NCBI GenBank assembly: GCA_038087875.1
Contig: CM075994.1
Span: forward strand, 9,426,001 to 9,490,000
Direction of reading: 5' to 3'
Origin: Malacoraja senta
Taxonomy: Eukaryota
Length of the DNA stretch: 64,000 nt
Shown: positions 39,242 to 53,158 of the stretch, in pieces
Position numbering within the stretch: the stretch's first letter is position 1
Layout: every line of letters begins with the position of its first letter
Made by a program: the position numbers and the translations under genes
The notes under the pieces: generated by a model
Told to the model about the DNA's origin: nothing
Databases searched by the model: none
Seen by the model: the letters and a program-made list of their open reading frames with translations, nothing else

Positions 39242-40040
39242 CTAGACTAAGTAGGACTCGTTCGGTCCCATGTTTACACGGGAGCATTGGTCCCCGAACG
39301 CAATATTCCGCCTCTCCGCCACTTCCAATATTGGTGGCCAGTTGGGGGGAGGGGGGGAGGGGCGAAGGGACTGGTTTCCAGAGGGTAGTATGGACTGGTG
39401 GCCTGGCAGCTCAGTCACTCAGGCCTGGTGGGCTGGCAGCTCAGTCACTCAGGGCTGGTGGGCTGGCAGATCAGTCACTCAGGGCTGGTGGGCTGGCAAC
39501 TCAGAAACTGCCAGAAATTCTGCCCAAAAGAGGTGAGTGACTGTGAGAGAGAAGGGGGAGAGGGTGGAGAATCAATTTTTGACATTTTTCATCTTTTTCT
39601 ACAGATCACAGCAATGAAGGAGGAAAGGCTATCCTGGCCTGGATCGCACAGGGAGCCAATGAAGGGAGGGAGAAAAATACTGGGGTGAGGTTTAATACTT
39701 ACTGGGGGAATACTTACTGATGGGCCTTAGGGAGCTCCTGGGCTAGTACAGGCCTGATGGGCCAAAGGGACTCTTTAAAAAAAATCAGAGTGAAATCTCA
39801 GTGAAAGGCACTTTTTCTGGATTTTTCCTGGCCTGGCACGGGCCTTTTTGTCCAAAATGCTCCCCCTGGGCTAATGTGGGCATTTTTGGAAAGAGGGACT
39901 GGTTCCTGGACTAATAGGGGCCTTGTAGGCTGAAATGAGTGGTTTCAGGTAGGCCAAAGGTGGGCTGGCAATTCACTCACTCATGGCTGGTGGGCTGGCA
40001 GTTGACTCGCGGCTGGTGGGCTGGCAGTTGACGCACGAGG
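39242..40040 (-). mobile_element. Helitron-derived element, 3' part, minus strand
   Basis: Reverse complement ends GGGACCG-AAC-GAGTCCT-ACTTAGT-CTAG; GGCTGGTGGGCTGGCAG repeats are the inverse of 17740-17810. Confidence 0.65.
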
Positions 40041-40149
40041 CAACTGCCTGCCTAGTCTGGTTATTTATTAAAGCAAACACAAGTAAAACACAGAAAACTA
40101 TCAATAAAGAAATAATACAAAATAACTCTTACGCCCACCTGCGTATTCG

Positions 40150-40151
<2 letters not shown>

Positions 40152-40216
<65 letters not shown>
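40152..40216. repeat. (CT)n microsatellite
   Basis: Directly visible. Confidence 0.97.
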
Positions 40217-40218
<2 letters not shown>

Positions 40219-43200
40219 CTCTTTTCTCTCCCCGAAGGTGAAGCTAATGCTCTCATGGAAGAGCCATGTACTTATATATATTTTTAATCTCCAAGAATAA
40301 CATGGTGAAACCAAAATGTGTAAAAATGGCCTTTATTTAAATGTGACAACCACATGAGATTTTTTCTATTACAAATCTCAAATTGTGGAGTACGGAAGCA
40401 AAGAAATAAATAATGTCCCAAACATTATGAGGGCACTGTATTTAGCTGCAGACATTTCAAACTAGGCTGGGTGGGTTTTCAGGAAAGATACTAGAGCAAG
40501 AGCAAGATGGTCGTAGTGGCTCATGGGTAATTTTTTTGCGCCATCTTGGGAAGCGATTAGTATCTTTGCCTGCAAGTACAGAGTACGCAGCGCCACGTTA
40601 GTCATGCCAGCGCCGCACATTAAAGCACATTCATTATATTAAGGCACATTAATGGGGGAGCCCATTAGGCTGCAGCCGTGATTATGTGATTCGAGTCAGC
40701 TTGCACCTTAACAACAACGTTCTTAGCTCCGTGTACTTACCGCTACATGCCTTTTTTTGTAAATAAAAGCCGCCTTCGTACCTTTTTTGTAATTTTATTA
40801 TGACATTTTGCCTGCCTATTTCAGATTTTTATAGTGCCTAAATATCCTGGCTCTGGTAATTACGAAAGAGATTTGCACGAAATGCTGAAGTTACCAATAG
40901 GGTCGACTCTGGAGAGAAGGAATCAAGAAAGTTGATACAAGGAACTGCAGGTACTGGGAACAAGCATCCTCCCACAAAGTTCAGGAGTAGCTCAGGAGGT
41001 CAGGCGACATCTGTGGAGAACGTAGGCTGGTGACGTTTCCGGTCGGGTCACTTCTCCAGATTTTAGGGAACAGGAACGTGGCGGTAGATTTGCTGCCGTT
41101 CCTGCTTTTTCCCCAAATCCCTTGATTCCGTCAGCGCTAAGGGCCAAATCTCTTGAAGACCACAAATGACTACATGATAGAGAAAATCTGAATTACTGGA
41201 AGAGATGATAATGGAATTATAATTACTAGAGCCAGGATTTTCCCATAAATGTGTTTTCGTTCATTTCATTTCAAACAGACAAAAACGCAATAAAATTAGT
41301 AATCAAGTAGTACAATCTTTATTTCGCCAGGCGGGTGTGGTAGTGAGTCTTACACGTTCTAGTTCAAGTTTACATTTATTGTCACATGCACCAATTGGTA
41401 GAGTGAAATTTGGGTTACCCATACAGCCATACGAATAAAAAAGAACACAACACACGATAGAATTTAACATAAACATCCCCACACAGTGGAATCAACGTTT
41501 CCCACTGTGAGCAAATGCAATAAAGTTCAGGTAGATACAGACTATACCCAGGGCAGCCAACATAGGATTAGAGTTGGGAGTGAGAAATTGTATGAGACCA
41601 AGCCCGCGGGTGCGTAGTGCCCGGGGGGGGCCTGGTGTGTGGGAGGGGGGGGCGTTGGAGGGGGGGTGTCCCCGCTCCCATCGGTACGGAGCTTTTACAT
41701 TTTTCAGCTTGAAATTGTGCAATCTGGTGCATACTGCAGCGAGTCTTTTAACTTACACTTGAATGCAATATTTATGCTTTAAATTGGATTAGCTATGAAT
41801 AAGGTTAGGCTAAATTACATTCCTAATTACATTGCACAGTAGAGCCAGGCTCTGATCAACAGGTGCAGCACATGAATGATCTTAGTGTATTCATGTATGT
41901 AAATCAGATTATAATCAAACACTTGGCCCATGTTGACCAACCTGGGTCTCACTGCACACCTGGTACTACTCCTGACCCTGACGCCTGTTGCATACCTTCT
42001 CTCATTCCTGACCCTGTCCAGCCTTACACCTGGCATCCTATTCTACCCTGATCATAGCAGTTTACCTGCTTAGGTTCCCAGTGCATTGTCCCAGCTTTGA
42101 CTGCACACCTAGTACTATACCAGACCTTGATTCTGGATGCACATTTGGCCTTGCTCCTAGCTCCTTCTGCACTGACAATATAACTGGCTCACACATAAAG
42201 CCCCTTATCTGACCCCGTGGACTTAACCTATTACTTTCAAGTCCACAGGTGCTTATCTAATGCGGTCATCTATTATGGGGCATTTCACGGACCAAATTTT
42301 GTATAACAAAATTTGCTATATCGATTGGCTTCGATATAGATGACATGTTATCTAACATGCTAGTTGCTTTGTCAAAGAAGTAATCAATTGGTTGAACACA
42401 ATTTCTCATCCATAAATTATACTCACTCAGCTGTATAAGAAGTTACTTTCACCCCCAATATTTTCAGTATTTTGCTGTATTCCTCTCAGCTGGGACTTTT
42501 CTGAAATGCAGTCCAATAACTATATATTTAAGTAATATTATTCTATTAAATGTGATCTTGAGAGTACATACTATTTTCTGTGGTATTCATAACACATCAA
42601 TGATAAAAATATCTTTGTTTTGATTACACCTACCAACATGCATACATTATTATATTACAGAGGGCAAATTTTTGTTCCAATGTTCCCCATTCCCAATTCC
42701 CTTTACATTGAAGTGATTGAAATCCAAGTGAAGTTTAAATGGCATCATAAAAATAAAACCTCCGGAATGGAAGATATTCTTTACGTGGTTGATTGGAGTC
42801 ATTATCAGCACAATTACTATATTAAACTTTGAATCTTCAGATGTCCTGGTTCAAGCTAAAACTAAAGACAAATAATAACCTCCTCACATATTCCCTTGCA
42901 AGTATCTCTGTCACTCCTTTAAAATATGCTCCTTCTTTGAACAAGCTCTTAAACATCGCATCTGAATCAGTTTCCATCTGATTACTCTCCTTGAGGATGT
43001 TCATCTTCGTGTTCAATGAATAAAACAACGAGATTGGGGACACTTCTATTCAACCTGTCGAAGGAATTTGGGGGGGGGGGGGTTTAGAAATAGTCAGTGA
43101 GGTAAACAAACATAATAGTTGAGTGGCAAATGACATTAGTGCTACCTTCTCAATATTTAACTGAAGGAAATAATGGGTTATTGGGGCTGTATGTTGTGAC

Positions 43201-43654
43201 AGACAGCCTGACACCTTGCATGTCATTTTAATATTACACTTATCCCATCCCCCTGGATATTCCGGATTAATAAATTGAGGTTTTGTCAACTAATTACAAA
43301 TCAGGCTAATTACAAATCAATAACATTAGCCAACTCCGAAAAACGAAGCGCTGAGCTTTGGGATCCAGACATCACGGAAAATTGGCCTCAGTGCCCCACT
43401 CACATCTGGCAGTGCTCTCTGTCTGAACCCGGGGCCACGGAGCGTTTTTGAAAGTGGAGAAGCTGAGCGATCACTGATCACTGGCCTTGTGGGTACCTGG
43501 CGAGGGAGTGGAGCAAGTGAGTGGGGGGAGGGGGGTATCCCCCCTCCCACGGTAGGGTCTTTTTGAAATTTGATGTATTAAAATCATGTTTTAGTGCATT
43601 GTAGAAGTATGATTTCAATGTTTTTTGTTTGAAGTATTTTTAAGAGGTAACTTT

Positions 43655-44280
43655 AAGGGCTAACTTTTTCCACACAAAGGGTGGTCGGTGTATGGAACAA
43701 GCTGCCAGAGGAGGTAGTTGAGGCAGGGACTATCCCAACATTTAAGAAACAGTTAGACTGATACATGGATAGGGCAGCTTTGGAGGTATGGACCAAAAGC
43801 AGGTAGTGTAGCTGGGACACGTTGGCGGGTGTGGGAAAGTTGTGCCGAAGGGCCTGTTTTCACACTATCACTCTACATTATACCTCCACCATGCATGAAT
43901 GCTACAAAATTAAGTGGTCGAGTTTTATTGTCATATACTCAAGCATAGAAACATAGAAAATAAGTGCAGGAATAGGCCATTCGGCCCTTCGAGCCTGCAC
44001 TGCCATTCGATATGACCATGGCTGTTCATCTAAAATCAGTACCTTTCCTGATTTTTCCCCATATCCTTTGATTTCGCTAGCCCCAAGAGCTAAATGTAAC
44101 TCTCTTGAAAACATCCAGTGAATTGGCTTCCACTGCCTTCTGTGGCAGTGAATTCCACAGATTCACAACTCTCTGGGTGAAGAAAGTTTGTCCTCATCTC
44201 AGTCCGAACTGGCTTACCTTTATTCTTAAACTGTGACCCCTGGTTCTGAACTCCCCCAACATCGGGAACATTTTTCCTGC
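43655..44280. mobile_element. Two CR1 3' fragments (plus 43655-43875, minus 43945-44280)
   Basis: CR1 ORF2 end (TQRVVGVWNKLPEEVVEAG) and 3' UTR motifs. Confidence 0.82.
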
Positions 44281-45378
44281 ATTTACAGTAAGTGAAAATC
44301 TAGCAGGCAAGCAGGATGCTTTCTCCAACCACCCCCATTTGAAGGCCACTATCTTCCACCGTTTCTACCCAGTGCTTGGTACCTACTTCCTGCAGCCACT
44401 GGTTGTCCTCCAGGATGCACCGAGCTGCAGCCTGAAGGGCCTGACCTTAGGCAATCTTTTGGGCGACTACAAGCGACAGTGGCAACAATTTTTGCTGTCG
44501 GAGGTTGTCGTCGGTTGTCGCGAGGTGTCAAAGGTGAATGCTAGTAAAACTAGTCCTTGACAGTCGCCTAAAGAGTCGCCTCATAAGTGTGTGGGAATAG
44601 CATAGATCAGGGGAGCCGCAACCAGCTGCGTCACTCGTTGTCCAGCCCACTCTCCAAGTCACTGAAAGACACAAAAAGCCGGAGTAACAGCCAATTTCCT
44701 CTCTGTGCTGTGGACTGACTCCAAGCACCAGAGGCCCATTGATCTGCAGCGCTGCTCGATACGTGATTGGCTTTGTGGAGATCAGAGCAAGATGTCACCG
44801 TGTCCCGGCACTCGGCCCTACACAGCCCTGCTAGCCGGACAGGATTCAGTTTAGAGATGCAGCACGGAAACAGGCCCTTCAGCCCACCGAGTCCGCACCG
44901 ACCAGCGATCCCGCACATTAACACTATCCTACACACACTAGGGACATTTTACAGTTATACCAAGCCAATTAAGCAGACCTTCAGTCCTTCCCTCCAGAGA
45001 TGCTGCCTGACCCGCTGAGATACTTCAGCACTTTGTGTCTATCAGTTTAAACCAGCATCGTGCAGTTCCTTCCTACACGTGTACCTGTCCAAATGCCGTA
45101 TAAATGTCATTGTGGTAATTTCAAGTGTAGAATGAAGACAAGAGTGTTTAGTTGTTGCGTGCAGCAACATCAGAACAATGACATTCTCAGTTGCTGCACC
45201 TTAACAGGCCGGTTAAAGCAACAACACACAGATACATGTAAATAGATTGATTTTAGTTTACTATTGCCACCTGTAGCGAGGTACAGTGAAAAGTTTTTGT
45301 TGCGTGCTATCCGGTAAATGCAAGCAAGCCACTCACAATGTACAGGTAAAGGAGAACGGGCGCAAAATATATAATCAA

Positions 45379-46280
45379 CTGGACTAAGTGGGACCCGTTG
45401 GGCCCCAGCATCACACGGGAGGGCTGGTCACCCAATGCAGTATTCCACCTCTCCACCAATTCCAATATTGCTGGCCAGTGGGGGGGGGGGGGCTTTCTGT
45501 TGCGCTAGTATGGGTGTTGTGGGCCGAAGGGTCTGGTTTCCAAAGGGCTAGTATGGACATTGTGGGCCAAATAGATTATTGGGCTGCCAGCTCAGTCACT
45601 GAGGCCTGGCAGTACAATCACTCAGACCTGGCAGGCTGGCAGCTGAGAAACTGCCAGAAATTGTGCCCAAAACAGGTGACAGACTGTGAGAGAGAAAGGG
45701 GGAGAGGGTGGACTGAATGGATTATTGGGCTGGCAGTTCAGTGAGTCATGGCTGGATGGCTGGCAGTTCACTTACTCAGGGCTGGTGGGCTGGCAGTGCA
45801 GTCTCACAGCTGCTGGGCTGGCAGTTCAGTCACTTACAGCTGGTGAGCTGGCAATTCACTTACTCACGGCTGGTGGGCTGGCAGTGCAGTCACTGACGGC
45901 TGATGGGCTGGTAGTTCAGTCACTTACAGCTGATGGGCTGGCAGTTCACTTACTCAGGGCTGGCAGACTGGCAGTGCAGTCACTCACGGCTGGTGGGCTG
46001 GCAGTTCAGTCACTCACGGCTGGTGTGGTGGCAGTTCATTCAGTCAGCCCTCCTCCCTTCATCCCGCCACTCTGCTCCTTGCCATTCCCCTCCCCCCCCC
46101 CCCCACGCATTCAGTCCATCTCCCCACAACCTCCCCCCATGCGGCTCACCCACAGAGCAGCCATTCCTGCCCATTAGGTTCCCATTGCGATGAAGAACAC
46201 GCCGGCATGAAAAGTGGAAAAAGGATTTATTAAAGTTTTAAAATGTGAATGACTCTTAAAATATAAGAACAATTTAAATG
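45379..46280 (-). mobile_element. Helitron-derived element with ~30-bp minisatellite (45725-46045)
   Basis: Reverse complement ends GGGGCCC-AAC-GGGTCCC-ACTTAGT-CCAG; homologous to 17740-18013; tandem GGCTGGTGGGCTGGCAGTTCAGTCACTCAC. Confidence 0.7.
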
Positions 46281-46344
46281 TTAAAGATGAGAATTATTAA
46301 GTTCTTTCTTGTTGTATACTTAGATGCCTATATGCCTCTAGATT

Positions 46345-49300
46345 CACTTCGAAATCCAGAGGCACGTCAATCATTATAAGAAAAGGTATACCATTTAAAG
46401 CAAAGAATATAATAACAGATATAGAAGGGAGATACTTAATAGTTAATGGAGAAATTCATGATACTCCACTCACCTTGGTAAATATATATGCCAACTTTGA
46501 CAACCCCCACTTTTTCAATAAAATTTTCAACATAATTGCAGAGTTTAACTATCTAAATGTTATAACAGGAGGAGACTTTAACTGTGTTTTAGATCCGTAC
46601 TTAGATAAATCAAGCCAAAAACAGAGAGGGAATATGAAATCGAAAACCGGGGAACTTTACAATACTTATATAAACAATACTAATATAGCAGATGTTTGGA
46701 GAATTGTTAATCCACCTGGCAGGGAATACTCATTTTATTCAATGGTACATAAGACATACACACGTATAGATTACTTCCTGCTGGATACAAAATTAATCCC
46801 TCAAACATTTAACCCCAACATACACACAAAATTCGATTTCAGACCATTTCTCCATTCTTTAACTTTAAACCTGGAAGAAATGTTTAAGAATAAATCGTTT
46901 TGGAGATTTAATTCTCAAATTCTAAAAGATCCACAAGCGAGTATATATTTAAAAGAACAAATGGATGCCTTTTTTTCAAATAAATGATACTCCAGATATA
47001 TCGTCTACTGTATTATGGGAATCTTTTAAAGCATACATTAGGGGTATTATAATTTCATATCAAGCTTTTCAAAATAAAAAGAATAAGAATGAACAAAGAA
47101 AGTTAGAAGAACTTATTAGATAAATGGATATAGATAATGCTAAAGATCCATCAATAGATAAACATAATAAAATAATAATTTTGAAATTTAAATTAAATAA
47201 ATTATTATCTGCCAAACTTATAAGACTTTTTCAAATTACAAAACAAGAGCACTTTGAATTTGGGGATAAACCGCATAAACTTTTGGCTCGCCAGCTAAAA
47301 AAACGAGAAAAGGAAACATACTATCCCAAAGATTAAATCAGATAAAGGGGAATTATTAACAACACCGAAGGATATTAATAAAAAGATTTGCGCAATTTTA
47401 TGAGAATTTGTATACATCTAAAAACGACAATTGATTCCAATAATATCACAAAGTTTTTGGATAATTGTAATCTTCCAAAGTTAGAGCTGAAGGAACAAGA
47501 GGAATTGGGTGCACAAATTTCAATTAAGGAATTAGAAGATACAATAAACTCACTAAAGAATGGAAAAACACCAGGTCCTGATGGATTTACTAATGAATTT
47601 TATAAAGGTTTTTAAGATAAAATAACACCAAGATTACAAAAAATGTACCAATATGCTTTTAAAAAACAAATACTACCTGATACATTAGCGGAATCAACGA
47701 TTACACTAATACTTAAGAAAGACAAAGATTTAGAAGAACCGGGTTCATATAGAGCTATAGCATTGTTAAACACAGATCAAAAAATATTAGCGAAAACATT
47801 AGCTAGAAGATTAAGTAAATACATTAGTAAATTAATAAACCCAGATCAGACGGGGTTTACCCCTAAGAGATACTCATCTAACAATATGAGACGTTTACTC
47901 AACATAATGCACTCACACAAATCTGAAGATCAAGAATTATCAATTATTTCGCTGGATGCTGAAAAAGCATTTGACCAAGTAGAATGGAATTATATGGATA
48001 AAGTATTACAAAAATTCCAACTGGGAGAGAATTTTATTCTATGGATCAAATTACTATATAATAAACCTACAGCTAGAATACTAACTAATAACATATTATC
48101 CTCGAAATTTCAACTATCAAGGGGAAATAGACAAGGATGCTCATTATCACCACAGCTGTTTGCTCTCATTATTGAACCGCTAGCAGAAAAAATTAGAACA
48201 CACCCTGATATCCATGGATATAATACTAAAGATTCATATAATAAAATATCTTTATACGCGGATGATATATTACTGTACATTACAAAACCTCAAATCACTA
48301 TACCAAATATATTAAATTTAATTGAAGACTTTGGATCTTTTTCTGGATATAGAATAAATTGGAATAAAAGTGAAATTATGTCAATAAAACCGAAAGATTC
48401 AACACATCTTTTAAAATTCCCTTTTAAAATAGCTACAGAAAAATTTAAATACTTGGGAATCGAAATTACTAGAACATATCAAGGTATGTTTAAGGCAAAT
48501 TTTGAGCCCCTACTTAATAAATTAAACACACTAATTAAATTCTGGAAAACGCTGCCGATGTCTTTAATAGGCCGAATAAATGCAATAAAAATGATCTTTC
48601 TACCACAAATTTTATACCTATTTCAATCGATTCCTATATACTTACCAAAGAAGTTTAAAAAAAAACTCGACTCAGATATCACTAATTTTATATGGGACTA
48701 TAAATCACATAGAATACAAAAAACTCATCTGAATAAACCTAAAGTATTAGGGGGTTTAGCACTACCTAATTTTATCTATTATTATTGGTCAGTAAATATT
48801 AAAAATATGATTCAACTGATGGATAACTCCACCCAGCAAGTGGACTGGATTGTAATGGAGAAAGAGGATTGCTCCTCTGGAAACACTGGAGCGATCCTTC
48901 TCTCTCCAATGAAACTGAATAATATAAATTATAATAAGAACCCAATTATTCATAGCACAATCTGAATTTGGAAACAAATAAAACAAAATTTAAAATTAAG
49001 AAATTTATCACTTTTATTACCCATAGTTAATAACCCTTCGTTTAATCCCTCTATTACAGATAAAGCTTTTACACATTGGGATAGACTAGGAATTAAAACG
49101 TTCGGTGACTTGTATGAAACTGGAAAATTACTTTCATTTCAACAATTACAAATAAAATATAAACTCGGAAATAATCAATATTTTAAATATTTTCAAATAT
49201 GCGACTATTTGAAAAAATATACAAAAGATCATTATAATAATCCAGCAGATGTATTGGATGAGGCAATGCAGATAAAAGCTGAATCAGCAAACTTAATATC

Positions 49301-50293
49301 ATATTTGTATAATATTATCTTAAATGTAGAAATACCATCTATGGAGGGTATCAGAAGAGACTGGGAACAAGAGTTAGCTATTAAAATTTCAAAGGAAAGT
49401 TGGAATGAACACTTATTAAACGTGCATAAATGTTCGATTAATGTAAGACACACTTTAATACAATTTAAAATTTTACATAGATTATATTATTCCAAAACTA
49501 AAATCCATAAATTTTTCCCAAATGTATCATCTATTTGTGATAAATGTCAATCCCAAGAAGCTACTATAGTGCACTCATTTGTTTTCTGTACAAAAATTCA
49601 AAAATTTTGGAATGAAATTTTCGAAATCTTTACAAAATTATTTAAAATAAAACTGATACCCAAAGCAGAATGGATTATCCTCGGAATAACGGAAGATGGT
49701 CCAGAACTAAATGTGTTTCAAAAGAAACTAATAGACTATGGGTTAATAACTGGAAAAAAGCTAATCCTAAAATTTTGGAAGAAGGCTCCAACTATAAACA
49801 TGTGGATTTCAAATATGTTCGAAACATTACACCTAGAAGAGATAAGACTCCTCCTAGCAGGTAAACCAGATCACTTCCACCTGACGTGGTCTGCATTTAT
49901 AGAATTATTACAAATATAGGGTGCAAAGGTACCTTAAAAAAAAAATTGAGGTCAGGTAATGGGGGATGATAGTTGAAGAGTTGGTATGTCCCATTTGCGT
50001 AATGCTCATAAAAAATATTTGTTTCTCTCTTTTTCCTCTTTCTCTTTCTCCTTCTTTTCTAGGGTCTATTTCTTAACTCTTTTTCTTTTGTTCTTAATTT
50101 TGTTCTTATAGGGTCTTCGTCCTTTTTTGTTGTCACATTTTCTACACTCACTTTTTCCTTCACTTTCTTCTTTCTTTCAATCTTATCCTTTCCTTTTACT
50201 AGTGTAAAAAACAAATGGAGTACATTAATTGTAAGAAGACATAAGTGACGAGTACTAATGTATGTGGTTGTAATGTAATATACTTCTAATAAA

Positions 50294-50295
<2 letters not shown>
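46345..50295 (+). mobile_element. 5'-truncated L1 LINE (ORF2 with several stops and frameshifts), same family as 53579-59856
   Basis: GGDFN, TPGPDG, SLDAEKAFD, RQGCSLSP, LYADD and C-terminal CCHC; 3' UTR with AATAAA; high identity to the second copy. Confidence 0.96.
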
Positions 50296-50325
<30 letters not shown>

Positions 50326-50476
50326 TAATATATATATATAATATAATATATATAATATATAAATATAATATATAAATATTATATAATATATAATATATAT
50401 ATATATATATATAATTTAAAAAAATATTTATATACATATATATCACATATATAAATATATATATATATATATATAG
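50296..50476. repeat. (TA)n-rich tract at the L1 tail
   Basis: Directly visible. Confidence 0.95.
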
Positions 50477-50493
50477 GACTTGCAGGAGTCCAG

Positions 50494-50592
50494 CCAAAAA
50501 CCAATCAGACACAAGTTACCAAAAACCAATCAGACACAAGTTACCAAAAACCAATCAGACACAAGTTACCAAAAACCAAGCAACACAAGTTT
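50494..50592. repeat. 25-bp tandem repeat (CCAAAAACCAATCAGACACAAGTTA) x~4
   Basis: Directly visible. Confidence 0.93.
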
Positions 50593-51024
50593 TTACCTGA
50601 GTGGGCAAGGCATTGTCTGAAGATGGCACTTCTGAGGAAAAAAACCATTTGAAGGTCAATCAGCGTTGACCCGAGATTGTAGTTCCCGCCCGCTGGATGA
50701 TGTGACCATCCGCGCCTGCGCACAGGGGGGGGGGGGAGCCAGTGACGCTGTCGGGACGCTGTCTCTCCGCGCGTGCGCAGTGGGGCGGGGCGGGAACAGG
50801 CGGCCATTTGTAGTCCACAAGGTCAGCGATCGCCTCGACGCCTCGTGTCCACTCTGGGTAAGTGGTGGGATGTTGCGTTGCTGGAGCGAGGGAGGGGGGG
50901 GGGACTATCCGCGAGGGGTCTAACAGGAGACAGTCCGCGGGTGCGGCAACGACGGGCGGGAGCGGTCGTAACCAAAGATCCCAGAGGAGCTGCTCTAGTA
51001 TCTGATCCTAACCTCGACACCAGA

Positions 51025-52005
51025 CGCCCCCCCCCCGGGCCCACGTCACCGCCTCTCCCCCCCCCCCACCCGCTAGGCCCACGTCATCACCACCACCACC
51101 CCCACCGGGCACACGTCACCACCCCCCCCCCCCACCCGCTAGGCCCACGTCACCACCCCCCCCCCCCGCTGGGCCCACGTCACCACCACCACCACCCCCA
51201 CCGGGCACACGTCACCACCCCCCCCCCCCCACCCGCTAGGCCCACGTCACCACCCCCCCCCCCCGCTGGGCCCACGGCACCAACCCCCCCCCCGCTGGGC
51301 TCACGTCACCAACCCCCTCTCCCCCCCGGGCCCACGTCACCACCACCCCCCCCCCCGGGCCCACGGCACCAACCCCCCCCCCTGCTGGGCCCACGTCACC
51401 ACCACCCCCCCCCCCGCTGGGCTCACGTCACCAACCCCCTCTCCCCCCCGGGCCCACGTCACCACCACCACCACCCCCCCCCCCCACCCGCTAGGCCCAC
51501 GTCACCACCACCACCACCCCCACCGGGCACACGTCACCACCCCCCCCCCCCCCCCGCTGGGCCCACGGCACCAACCCCCCCCCCCCCTGCTGGGCCCACG
51601 TCACCACCACCCCCCCCCCCCCCCCCGCTGGGCTCACGTCACCAACCCCCTCTCCCCCCCGGGCCCACGTCACCACCACCACCACCACCCCCCCCCCCCC
51701 CCCGCTGGGCCCACGTCACCACCCCCTCCCCCACGCTAGGCCCACGTCACCAACTACCCCCCCCACGTTGGGCACACGTCACCAACCACCACCCCCCTGG
51801 GCCCACGTCACCACCCCCCCCCCACGTTGGGCACACGTCACCAACCACCCCCCCCCGCTAGGCCCACATCAACAAACCCCCCCCCCCCCCCTCGTAGGGC
51901 CCACGTCACGGCACCCCCCTCCCGCCGTGCCCACGTCACCAACCCTCCCTGAGCCCACGTCCCCCCCCCCCCGCTGGGCCCACGTCACCACCCCCCCCCC
52001 CCTCC
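51025..52005. repeat. C-rich minisatellite, core GGGCCCACGTCACC plus poly-C
   Basis: Roughly 30 variable-length tandem units. Confidence 0.95.
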
Positions 52006-52007
52006 CC

Positions 52008-52685
52008 TGCTATAGGGAGAGGTTGCGTAGGCTCGGACTCTATTTCATGGAGCACAGGAGGATGAGGGATGATCTAATAGAGGTGTATAAAATCATGATT
52101 TGAATATATCTGGTTGAGTCTTTTGCCCAAAGTAGGTGAATCGAGGAGCAGAGGACATAAGTTTAAGGTGAAGGGGAAAAGATTCAATAGGGATCTGAGG
52201 GGTATATTTTTCACACAGAGGGTGGTGGGTGTATGGAACGAGCTGCCAGAGGAGGTAGTTGAGGCTGGGACTATCGCAACATTTAAGAAACAGTTAGACA
52301 GGTACATGGATAGGACACATTAGGAGGGATATGGATCAAACGTGGGCAGGTGGGACTAGTGTAGATGGGACATGTTAGGCCGAAGGGCCTGTTTCCACAC
52401 TGTATCACTCTTTGACTCTCTATCTTTCCCTCTCAAACCCATTCTCCTGCCTTCTTCCCATTACCTCTGACACCCGTATCAATCAAGAATCTAGCAATCT
52501 CCTGAAAAATGTCCATTGACTTGGCCTCCACAGCTGTCTGTGGCAATGAATTCCACAGTTCGCCTCCCTCTGACAAGAAATTCCTGCTCATCTCCTTCCA
52601 AAAGGAATGTCTTTTAATTCTGAGGCTGTGGCCACTGGTCCTAGACTCTCCCACTAGTGGAAACATGCTCTCCACATCCATTCCA
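52008..52685. mobile_element. Two CR1 3' fragments, tail to tail
   Basis: ORFs 52114-52323 (+) and 52433-52681 (-) encode CR1 ORF2 C-termini. Confidence 0.85.
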
Positions 52686-52869
52686 TCCAGGCTTTTACCA
52701 GGGTGGGACAGACTGCAACAGCTTCACACCATGTCCCAAAGCTCATGTCCTGTCCTGCATCACCCAAGGCAGCAGAGACGTTATAGGAGAGGGCAAGCAC
52801 CGTCACAAAGTAGCTCACGATGGCTTGGGTAACATTCAGGAATGTCTATGCATGTCACATCATGCATAT

Positions 52870-53158
52870 TACTGAAGAAGGGTCTTGACCCGAAATATAA
52901 TCTATACCTTTTCTCCAGAGATGCTGCCTGACCCACTGAGTTACTCCAGCACTCTGTGAAACGTCACCTATCCATGTTCTCCACAGATGCTGCCTGTCCC
53001 ACTGATTTACTCCAGCACACTGACATGTCACCTATCCATGTACTCCATGATGCTGCCTGACCCACTGAGTTACTCCAGCACTCTGTGACATGTCACCTAT
53101 CCATGTTCTCCAGAGATGCTGCCTGACCCGCTGAGTTACTCCAGCACTTTGTGTCTAT
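52870..53158 (+). repeat. Penelope-derived module with ~4 tandem ~65-bp tail units
   Basis: CTGAAGAAGGGTCTTGACCCGAAA followed by repeated GATGCTGCCTGACCCACTGAGTTACTCCAGCAC. Confidence 0.75.

Noticed and set aside
40480..40760. Candidate non-coding first exon of the minus-strand Ly6 gene (GCG|GTAAGT at ~40740)
   Set aside because: Plausible donor but no independent support, and no counterpart seen upstream of the paralogous exon
42780..43060. Coding-looking minus-strand ORF (68 aa)
   Set aside because: No recognisable motif or convincing splice sites; may be a decayed TE but cannot be supported
50773..52103. Proline-rich, extensin- or formin-like ORFs
   Set aside because: C-rich minisatellite running into a CR1 fragment; no splice structure or domain
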